A DNA stretch of 51,338 nucleotides from NCBI GenBank assembly GCA_041689695.1, contig JBDNFT010000660.1, positions 1 through 51,338 of the forward strand, read 5' to 3'. The translations under genes were made by a program, and so were the position numbers. Source of the DNA: Planctomycetaceae bacterium. GTDB taxonomy: Bacteria; Planctomycetota; Planctomycetia; Planctomycetales; Planctomycetaceae. Of the stretch, positions 45,021-51,134 are shown in pieces. Each line of letters starts with the position of its first letter. Position 1 is the stretch's first letter. The notes beneath the pieces were generated by a model. The model worked only from the letters and a program-made list of their open reading frames with translations, did no database searches and had not been told where the DNA came from.

Positions 45021-45058
45021 CACATCGCCCTGCCTCGCGTGAGGCAGGGATCTTTCAG
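45021..45058 (+). repeat. family-1 hairpin cassette, copy 1
   Basis: CCCTGCCTCgcgtGAGGCAGGG (45028-45049) followed by ATCTTTCAG. Confidence 0.8.
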
Positions 45059-45092
45059 TAACATTTGGCCCGCAAGGCCTTGGAGAATTAAG

Positions 45093-45404
45093 ATGACAAA
45101 CGAATCAATCAACCTGCTGATGTCAATGGTAAACCGAGAACTAGCAGTCCAGAGCTTTGGGTCCATGCTCGCATGGTGTCCAGTCGATGGTGGTGCCGCG
45201 GTCCGAGACGACATCACACATGAGGAGTTCTGTCGCGTTGCAACGCGATTCCCGAGCCGTGACGGATTGCGAATGATCGACGCAATAATCGCGGCCGGAG
45301 TCGGTGGTCATCTTCAAGTCAGTGACCACGGATGCGGAAAAACCAGCATGCAATCGTTCGCAGTTAACGGACGTCTCGCAGCTGACGTAAATCTAGGACA
45401 GTAA
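45093..45404 (+). CDS. hypothetical early protein
   Basis: GGAG SD. The internal ATG at 45093 is preferred because the track start lies inside the hairpin. Confidence 0.5.
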   Translation: MTNESINLLMSMVNRELAVQSFGSMLAWCPVDGGAAVRDDITHEEFCRVATRFPSRDGLRMIDAIIAAGVGGHLQVSDHGCGKTSMQSFAVNGRLAADVNLGQ

Positions 45405-45469
45405 TTCCTCTCGTCACCCATGTACCGCCATAAGCAAGCGGCTACAAACAGCGTGGGTGGCGAACTTGG

Positions 45470-45503
45470 CGGGGCGGCAGTCGATGATTGTCGCCCCGTT
45501 TTC
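45470..45503 (+). terminator. intrinsic terminator after the 45093 gene
   Basis: CGGGGCG-n15-CGCCCCG followed by TTTTC. Confidence 0.55.
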
Positions 45504-45517
45504 TCCAAAGGATAAAA

Positions 45518-45622
45518 ATGATTCCTGCGAATCGACGAACAATCTATCTTCCCACACGCAACCCTGCCTCGCGTGAGGCAGGGATCTTCCTTCAATCACC
45601 CAAACGAGGACAACGACGATGA
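45518..45622 (+). CDS. possible 34-codon upstream ORF read through the family-1 hairpin
   Basis: AAGGA SD 5 nt upstream. Its stop overlaps the ATG of the 45619 gene (ATGA). Translation MIPANRRTIYLPTRNPASREAGIFLQSPKRGQRR. Confidence 0.3.
   Translation: MIPANRRTIYLPTRNPASREAGIFLQSPKRGQRR
45553..45618 (+). repeat. family-1 hairpin cassette, copy 2
   Basis: Hairpin at 45562-45583, then ATCTTCCTTCAATCACCCAAACGAGGACAAC. Confidence 0.8.
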
Positions 45623-45834
45623 AATTGACAATCCGGAACGAATTCACGGGGAATGAAATCACTGTAGATGCCAGCAAGCTGGTCACACGAGCCAAGCTGA
45701 AGTCATGGCGGCGTAAGCTACATGCTGACGACTGCACGAGCGGAGACTCGCTTGGCGGTCGTGGCAAGCAGGTGAACCAGAGTGCATACGATGCACTACT
45801 GATGCGAGCTGAGCAAGTTTTGATGACCGAATAA
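45619..45834 (+). CDS. hypothetical early protein
   Basis: 71-aa ORF preceded by the conserved SD cassette. Confidence 0.5.
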   Translation: MKLTIRNEFTGNEITVDASKLVTRAKLKSWRRKLHADDCTSGDSLGGRGKQVNQSAYDALLMRAEQVLMTE

Positions 45835-45836
45835 CC

Positions 45837-45897
45837 ACACATCGCCCTGCCTCGCATGAGGCAGGGATCTTCCAACCCCCAATCAAGGACAACGAAA
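45837..45897 (+). repeat. family-1 hairpin cassette, copy 3
   Basis: CCCTGCCTCgcatGAGGCAGGG (45845-45866), then ATCTTCC...CAATCAAGGACAAC. Confidence 0.8.
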
Positions 45898-46095
45898 ATG
45901 GACCCGAATGCAACACTATATGCGATGAACGAATCATCCGCGGCCAGGGATTGGTCGGACGCGATTGAGCACGGCACGAACCTGCTCGAATGGCTCGCGA
46001 AAGGTGGATTCCCCCCTGCTGGCTACGTCACCCGTGGCGATGCTGAGTCGCACGTCCGAGCGGTGATCCGCAACTGCGAAGACAACCTGTCATAG
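45898..46095 (+). CDS. hypothetical early protein
   Basis: ATG at 45898 after the AAGGA SD. The track start lies in the hairpin loop. Confidence 0.5.
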   Translation: MDPNATLYAMNESSAARDWSDAIEHGTNLLEWLAKGGFPPAGYVTRGDAESHVRAVIRNCEDNLS

Positions 46096-46148
46096 GCTGG
46101 CCAGTTGGCCGGTGATGCTTTCAAACCCACTAACCAAGGATCATACAA

Positions 46149-46340
46149 ATGCAAACGAAACAGCTTATCACACACAGAAGCTTCAGTAAGATAATGATCG
46201 ACGACGCGTGCTTCGCGCGAATCGACAAGCTCGTAGACGGCACATGGCGACGCACTCAGGGGGCTTCAATCGAAGTTGGTACTGCGGAGCACGCGGCACA
46301 ATGGCTGACAGCGTTGTCGCTGGCGGTCACCCTGTCCTGA
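46149..46340 (+). CDS. hypothetical early protein
   Basis: CCAAGGATCA SD region upstream. Confidence 0.45.
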   Translation: MQTKQLITHRSFSKIMIDDACFARIDKLVDGTWRRTQGASIEVGTAEHAAQWLTALSLAVTLS

Positions 46341-46405
46341 GTCTTTTAACAAGGATCCACTACCCGAATCAGGCGTGACACCAATCCTCCTAACATCACC
46401 TAACC

Positions 46406-46672
46406 ATGGACAAGCAAATGCTCATTAAGATCGACACACACACGGAACTTCTGGACGAGATAATCAGACTCAGACTCGTGCAGGTATCATCGATAAATGC
46501 TGAAGGAAACTGGGTTCCGGTGACGGACCGCAAGGAGTTGTACGCTGCCGCAATCAACGCCTTAATCGACGAGACATGCAATTTTAATCTGAGAGTCCAC
46601 GTGAACAGCGTTTTCGGGACACAGGACGACATCGTCTCGGTTTGCCTCGAAGACGCGCCTGCCGACGACTGA
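46406..46672 (+). CDS. hypothetical early protein
   Basis: 88-aa acidic ORF with no clear SD. Confidence 0.45.
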   Translation: MDKQMLIKIDTHTELLDEIIRLRLVQVSSINAEGNWVPVTDRKELYAAAINALIDETCNFNLRVHVNSVFGTQDDIVSVCLEDAPADD

Positions 46673-46689
46673 ACCTGCCAGCGATCCCC

Positions 46690-46766
46690 CGAGTCTGGCA
46701 GTCTGCGGGCTGCCAGCGTCGGGTAATTTCACCCGGGTTCAAGACTCTTCTTCAGGATCAAATGCA
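46690..46766 (+). repeat. family-2 structured leader, copy 1
   Basis: CTGGCAGtctgcgggCTGCCAG, then CGGGTaatttcACCCG, then TTCAGGATCAAATGCA-ATG. Confidence 0.8.
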
Positions 46767-47360
46767 ATGAAAACCACAACACTAATACGTGATATCGTCG
46801 GCTTGCGTGCAAGCCGACGTCTTCCGGCCGGACTCCCAGACGTCGTTCGATTGTCAACGGACGAAATGATCGAACGCGGATTGACTCGCGTCCAGGCTGC
46901 GAGATTACGAGCATCGCTGAAGCTGGCAATCGAGATCAATGAGCCCGAACACGCCTACGAGCGCGAACGTATCGTTTCCCCAACGTCAGCCATGCGATAT
47001 TGCCAGCGCGAGTTTGCCACGATGGCACGACATTCGGCACAGGAAGAATTCTGGATCGTGACGTTGGATACGAAGAACCAGCCGATCAACAAACACCAAA
47101 TCACGGTTGGCACGCTTCGCAACAGCCTCGTTCATCCGCGCGAGGTTTTTCGGCCGGCAATTGCTGATGCCGCGAACTGCATCCTTGCGATACACAATCA
47201 TCCGAGCGGTGATCCAACTCCCAGCGATCAGGACATAAGTGTCACAAAACGGCTTCACGAAGCCGCCGAGATTATCGGAATCCCAGTCGTTGACCACATC
47301 ATTGTGGCCGGTGAGAAGGCGCTTAGCATACAGGAATGGCTAGGCGCAACAGGACGCTGA
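46767..47360 (+). CDS. radC: RadC-like JAB/MPN domain protein
   Basis: HNHPSGDPTPSDQDISVTKRL (JAMM-like HxHPSG) and EEFWIVTLD. Confidence 0.85.
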   Translation: MKTTTLIRDIVGLRASRRLPAGLPDVVRLSTDEMIERGLTRVQAARLRASLKLAIEINEPEHAYERERIVSPTSAMRYCQREFATMARHSAQEEFWIVTLDTKNQPINKHQITVGTLRNSLVHPREVFRPAIADAANCILAIHNHPSGDPTPSDQDISVTKRLHEAAEIIGIPVVDHIIVAGEKALSIQEWLGATGR

Positions 47361-47365
47361 GATTG

Positions 47366-47443
47366 TTCGAGTCTGGCCATCTGCGGGTGGCCAGCGTCGA
47401 GCAATTTCGCTCAGTTCAGTCTTTACTTTCAGGATCAAATGCA
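47366..47443 (+). repeat. family-2 structured leader, copy 2
   Basis: CTGGCCAtctgcgggTGGCCAG (compensated stem), then GAGCaatttcGCTC, then TTCAGGATCAAATGCA-ATG. Confidence 0.8.
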
Positions 47444-47902
47444 ATGACTACAAAGAACCAGCTATCACTCGTTACACGGCGAGTTCGCGAACTACGCAAG
47501 GCCATGAAGGAATCAGAGATTGCTGAACGTGCCTACTTAGCGCGAGCGTGCAAGGAGACTCGTGACAATCTCCCAAACATTGTGTTAGACATGACACGCA
47601 TGGCGCTGGCAGGTCTGTTGACACCGGAGATCCTGTCCCAGGTCAGGCATAGCAGTTCGACAATAACAATCGAGATCGAACGCGAAGATCTCGTGAAGTG
47701 GCGGAAAATCGGCCATCTGTCTGCGACTTACAAATCATTCGACAAAACCGATGCTGATGGCGTGAATTGGATCAGGGTGACTGTGGAGGTCCAATTCCTG
47801 ACTGCGATTCAAATTCGATATCGAAGACAACTCCCAGCCAGTTGCAGCTGCAAGGTCACTGACGAGATCAGCACATACAAAACATTGACATGCAACACCT
47901 GA
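47444..47902 (+). CDS. hypothetical early protein
   Basis: ATG at 47444 directly after the family-2 leader. Confidence 0.55.
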   Translation: MTTKNQLSLVTRRVRELRKAMKESEIAERAYLARACKETRDNLPNIVLDMTRMALAGLLTPEILSQVRHSSSTITIEIEREDLVKWRKIGHLSATYKSFDKTDADGVNWIRVTVEVQFLTAIQIRYRRQLPASCSCKVTDEISTYKTLTCNT

Positions 47903-47908
47903 GAGCCA

Positions 47909-47956
47909 CCAATTCCCCCCGTGCGTGACAGGCGCGGGGACTATTGGTTTCTTTCC
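47909..47956 (+). terminator. intrinsic terminator after the 47444 gene
   Basis: CCAAT..CCCCGTGC-n7-GCGCGGGG..ATTGG followed by TTTCTTTCC. Confidence 0.55.
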
Positions 47957-47985
47957 AAGTATTCAAGATTTGCGGGATCACGACA

Positions 47986-48219
47986 ATGGCAATAATTGTG
48001 ACAATCGAAGACGTTCATAGACTGGCAGTGATAGCAATCGCGTTACGCATTTATGAGTCAGACAGCTGCTATTTGCCACCCGAAGAAGGCTGGGATGTTT
48101 GGCGAGCCGTCTGGCGAGAATCAGGACGGCTTTTCAGAATCTATGAAAGCGAAGCTCGCCGCGTTCAAGATGGCTGGCGGCATCGCCGCGAAAGCGATCA
48201 AAGCACAATCTGTTCTTGA
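47986..48219 (+). CDS. hypothetical early protein (3' part ambiguous with an overlapping frame)
   Basis: ATG at 47986. An alternative frame, 48053-48235, also reads like protein. Confidence 0.4.
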   Translation: MAIIVTIEDVHRLAVIAIALRIYESDSCYLPPEEGWDVWRAVWRESGRLFRIYESEARRVQDGWRHRRESDQSTICS

Positions 48220-48235
48220 TGCGTTGGGGGAATGA

Positions 48236-48312
48236 TTCGAGTCTGGCAGTCTGCGGGCTGCCAGCGTCGAGCAATTTCGCTCAGTTCAATATCTACTTTC
48301 AGGATCAGAACA
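48236..48312 (+). repeat. family-2 structured leader, copy 3
   Basis: CTGGCAGtctgcgggCTGCCAG, then GAGCaatttcGCTC, then TTCAGGATCAGAACA-ATG. Confidence 0.8.
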
Positions 48313-48678
48313 ATGAACAAATATCAAGCAATCGCAATCAACCACGGATCAACAGCGAAAACAACGGCCGGCATTGTCTGGTTTTTCAGAGCGAATCCAG
48401 CGGCACGGAAGGATCTGGCGAATCTCTGCCCAAAACCAATGTCCAAATGGGAATGGAAAGCTGTGCAGGAAGAGCGCAAGCGAAACCCAGACGCAAAGCG
48501 AGCCAGAGACAGAGACGACACTATGTTCCGCTCTGTGTACCTGAGGAAACTCAGGGCTGAAGAAAAAAAGCTACGGGAATACGATCGTTTTTCCGTGGCG
48601 GGTATCTGTGATTTCGTTGACACGCTGTCAGGACGGCAACAGCGCCTCGATTTTCGCAATGCGCTGTTGCCGTCCTGA
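48313..48678 (+). CDS. hypothetical early protein (basic)
   Basis: ATG at 48313 after the family-2 leader. The 3' end contains the 20-bp inverted repeat. Confidence 0.55.
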   Translation: MNKYQAIAINHGSTAKTTAGIVWFFRANPAARKDLANLCPKPMSKWEWKAVQEERKRNPDAKRARDRDDTMFRSVYLRKLRAEEKKLREYDRFSVAGICDFVDTLSGRQQRLDFRNALLPS

Positions 48679-48680
48679 CA
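48626..48680. repeat. perfect 20-bp inverted repeat with a 15-nt spacer
   Basis: TGTCAGGACGGCAACAGCGC (48626-48645) and GCGCTGTTGCCGTCCTGACA (48661-48680). The stop codon 48676-48678 lies inside the right arm. Confidence 0.9.
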
Positions 48681-48759
48681 TATGCCGCGAGGCTGTTGTG
48701 CCAGGCGATGAACACTATCATGGGTGGCGGGAAATGTACGGCATCGACGACTGAGTAAT

Positions 48760-48826
48760 CACAACCCACCCGGCCTCAACGTGAGGCCGGGATCTTTCAG
48801 CAATCACACACCAAAGGAACTGCGGA
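48760..48826 (+). repeat. family-1 hairpin cassette, copy 4 (compensated stem)
   Basis: CCCGGCCTCaacgtGAGGCCGGG (48769-48791), then ATCTTTCAGCAATCACACACCAAAGGAAC. Confidence 0.8.
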
Positions 48827-49294
48827 ATGAATTCTCCCCACCGTGATGTATCTGCGATTGCCATGCAGGTAAATGAGTATTTGCTGTTGAATGGAGTGAA
48901 TAAGAAGCTTTTGCTTCTTACAGTCAATTGGTCACACTGCTGGCAGCGGTTGGTTGTTATCGCGAATCGGAAAACAAGGCGGTACACGATTGCCAGCGGG
49001 GACGATGCACGGCTGAGTAAAGCTCAACTTAAACTGGTTCTGAAAGGCGTGCGTCTTGAAATAGAAAAGTTCATAAAAGAGCATGATGTTCGTCTCAGGA
49101 GATACGAGTCCGAGATGGCTGAAGAGGCGGAGTTCATGCGTTTCGTCTCAATTGCGAATGAGGCCGGTCTGAGGACGGCAGTTTACGACAAAGGTAAGTT
49201 TTCGATTGCATGTAGTTTCGATCAAGCGCTCAGGATTGTGCGCTTGATCGCAGATAACCGGGACAGTGTTTTTACGGAGCCTGCTTCAACGTGA
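48827..49294 (+). CDS. hypothetical early protein
   Basis: 155-aa ORF. Its 3' end overlaps family-1 copy 5. Confidence 0.55.
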   Translation: MNSPHRDVSAIAMQVNEYLLLNGVNKKLLLLTVNWSHCWQRLVVIANRKTRRYTIASGDDARLSKAQLKLVLKGVRLEIEKFIKEHDVRLRRYESEMAEEAEFMRFVSIANEAGLRTAVYDKGKFSIACSFDQALRIVRLIADNRDSVFTEPAST

Positions 49295-49331
49295 GGCCGG
49301 GTTCTTCCACCAGCCAATAAGGACAATCAAA
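49279..49331 (+). repeat. family-1 hairpin cassette, copy 5 (degenerate)
   Basis: CCTGCTTCaacgtGAGGCCGG has one mismatch and one wobble. It is followed by GTTCTTCC...CCAATAAGGACAATC. Confidence 0.65.
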
Positions 49332-49574
49332 ATGCGGCATGAAAGCATTTGCAGCGATTGCGGAAAGTTGATTGCTCACAACAGCAATCTCTGTCCGTGT
49401 TATCAAGAAAGAAACAAACAGGTACACGAAGTGGGCGGTACGAGCTGCTCGGTGGATGACGAAAACAGACTGGGTGATGATTCCGCAATTGTGATAGGTC
49501 ACGCTCCAGGCCGTGGGGATGGAACACCAGTGAAGCTAAGGGACGACGCGCGGCACTACGGCCAAGAGAAGTAA
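49332..49574 (+). CDS. small Cys-containing protein (hypothetical)
   Basis: MRHESICSDCGKLIAHNSNLCPC. AAGGA SD upstream. Confidence 0.5.
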   Translation: MRHESICSDCGKLIAHNSNLCPCYQERNKQVHEVGGTSCSVDDENRLGDDSAIVIGHAPGRGDGTPVKLRDDARHYGQEK

Positions 49575-49813
49575 AAATCTCGATTGACATTTCATAGCGA
49601 TTTTGAAACACTTTCGCGAATAATAAAAAACGGTCTGCATCGACCGGTGGATGACTGACCCACAAATCGATCCGGTAATCATCCAGAGCCGTGCTATCGC
49701 GTCGTCGAGAGAAGATCCAAGGGCACGATGACTGCTATTGCCCGCAATCGGATGAGGGGACAGGTTGTTTCATTGTTTCAGCTTGTTCCCGCAGTCTATT
49801 TTTGGAAACCAAA

Positions 49814-50050
49814 ATGAAGATCGAAAACATCCCGATGCCTGGCCTCAAAAGTAAAGGCCGGCCGGCAAAATATGACTTCGCGTCTCTGCCGGTCGTGACA
49901 GCCACGGACACGCCGTGCATGACGATCGAAAATGCTCCGTATCATGCTGTCTATGCCTGTGCCGCGAGGTACTCGCAGAAAAATCCCGGAACTGTTTTCC
50001 GTGTCGAAAGAGCCGGAAAGCGAAAGATTCACGTTTGGCGTACGAAATAA
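49814..50050 (+). CDS. hypothetical small protein
   Basis: The internal ATG at 49814 (MKIENIPMPGLKSKGRPAKYDF...) is preferred over the track start at 49691. Confidence 0.5.
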   Translation: MKIENIPMPGLKSKGRPAKYDFASLPVVTATDTPCMTIENAPYHAVYACAARYSQKNPGTVFRVERAGKRKIHVWRTK

Positions 50051-50075
50051 TTCCGAAAAACGTACGAAACATGTA

Positions 50076-50103
50076 TTGACGTGCTTAATTCAGTCGTTAG
50101 ATT
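50076..50103 (+). promoter_or_regulatory. sigma70-like promoter upstream of the small membrane ORF / tRNA / csrA cluster
   Basis: TTGACG, 16-nt spacer, TAGATT. Preceded by TTCCGAAAAACGTACGAAAC boxes. Confidence 0.4.
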
Positions 50104-50120
50104 CTCTGGAGTGACGAACA

Positions 50121-50291
50121 ATGTTGATCTTTGAGGTTTTGGATTTCGCGATGATACTGGCGTTCTGTTTGGGGATGCTGATGATCGTGATTGAATGCGT
50201 GGCCACGATGGTCGATCACTTCTCGACGTCGAGGCTGAGCCAGAAAGACTTCGCGAGGATGATTAAAGAGAACGAGCCCGGAGACCCTTGA
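50121..50291 (+). CDS. 56-aa membrane protein (hypothetical)
   Basis: Hand-translated as MLIFEVLDFAMILAFCLGMLMIVIECVATMVDHFSTSRLSQKDFARMIKENEPGDP. GGAG SD. Below the ORF-track cutoff. Confidence 0.45.
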   Translation: MLIFEVLDFAMILAFCLGMLMIVIECVATMVDHFSTSRLSQKDFARMIKENEPGDP

Positions 50292-50325
50292 TCAGGTCCG
50301 AAGTGCATGATGCGTCCGGGTTTTT

Positions 50326-50397
50326 GGCTGGGTAGCTCAGCGGTAGAGCGTCATGGTGAAAACGTGAAGGTCGCAGGTTCGATTCCTGCCCCAGCCT
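50326..50397 (+). tRNA. tRNA-Phe (anticodon GAA)
   Basis: Hand-folded cloverleaf. Acceptor GGCTGGG/CCCAGCC, D arm GCTC-AGCGGTA-GAGC, anticodon arm TCATG-GTGAAAA-CGTGA, T arm GCAGG-TTCGATT-CCTGC. No encoded CCA. Confidence 0.8.
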
Positions 50398-50441
50398 ATG
50401 ATGAATTTCGTTTCAATTTAGTATCACGGAGGATTGTTTAT

Positions 50442-50669
50442 ATGTTAGTTCTAAGTCGCAAAGTGAATGAAGAAATCACCATTGGTGACGACATTCGAAT
50501 CATGGTGATCGAGGTTCGGGGAGACAAAGTCCGCATTGGCGTTGATGCCCCAAAAGACGTTCCAATACACCGAAAAGAAATTTTCGGCGCAATCAAGGTG
50601 GCTGCGGATGCGGCGATGGCGGCGATGGCGGCCGCTCAATTAGAAACGGATGGTGGGAAAATGGAATAG
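50442..50669 (+). CDS. csrA: carbon storage regulator CsrA/RsmA homologue
   Basis: MLVLSRKVNEEITIGDDIRIMVIEVRGDKVRIGVDAPKDVPIHRKEI aligns along its length with E. coli CsrA. GGAGGA SD at about 50428. The track ORF start at 50307 runs through the tRNA. Confidence 0.9.
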   Translation: MLVLSRKVNEEITIGDDIRIMVIEVRGDKVRIGVDAPKDVPIHRKEIFGAIKVAADAAMAAMAAAQLETDGGKME

Positions 50670-50720
50670 TTCATCGCTAGCAGTTTCGGGGGAGTCTGTG
50701 CAAAACGCGCCCCCACTTGT

Positions 50721-50793
50721 CGCAGCGTGGAGAAGTTGGAATCTCACTCGGTTCATACCCGAGAGGTCGCCAGTTCGAATCTGGCCGCTGCCA
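50721..50793 (+). tRNA. tRNA-Met (anticodon CAU), initiator-like
   Basis: Hand-folded: CGCAGCG-TG-GAGA-AGTTGGAA-TCTC-A-CTCGG-TTCATAC-CCGAG-AGGTC-GCCAG-TTCGAAT-CTGGC-CGCTGCC-A. Has a C1xC72 mismatch, A11:U24 and three G/C pairs closing the anticodon stem. No encoded CCA. Confidence 0.75.
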
Positions 50794-51134
50794 ATCCCAG
50801 ACATAGTTTAACCGTCTTGATTTGAGTGCGCATTAGAATCAAGTCAGAACAAGAGTTAGTAGCTCTAGGTCCGAGTATTGAGTCTCGGTGTGCGGGAATG
50901 AGGCGCAGCTCTGGTGAGCAACAAGATCCATAACCTTGGAGGGGCGGTTCGGATCCAGCACAGCCAAGTCAATGAAAAATGGCGGTCTCCCTGTCATGCC
51001 TTAAATGCTCCAGGGGTGAATCGGCACGGTTCTGTCGCGATGAACCAACCGATCGAGGATTTCGACGTAAGCTAATTCTCACGCGGCTAAAAAATGAGGC
51101 CGCAATTTTTTTGACAGAATGATGAGGTGCTTAA

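Noticed and set aside
45021-49331. Hairpin repeats as a CRISPR array
   Set aside because: The copies are separated by whole genes at irregular 0.3-3 kb spacing. They carry conserved SD leaders, and no cas genes or regular repeat-spacer periodicity are present.
50307-50441. N-terminal extension of the csrA ORF given by the ORF track
   Set aside because: The extension reads straight through the tRNA-Phe gene. Canonical CsrA begins at MLVLSRK (ATG 50442), which has a GGAGGA SD.
50326-50793. tRNAs as a prophage integration site (attL/attR)
   Set aside because: I saw no duplicated copy of either tRNA 3' half elsewhere in the window. The genes on both sides (small early genes, RusA-like) look phage-derived. 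Host flanks could still lie outside the window.
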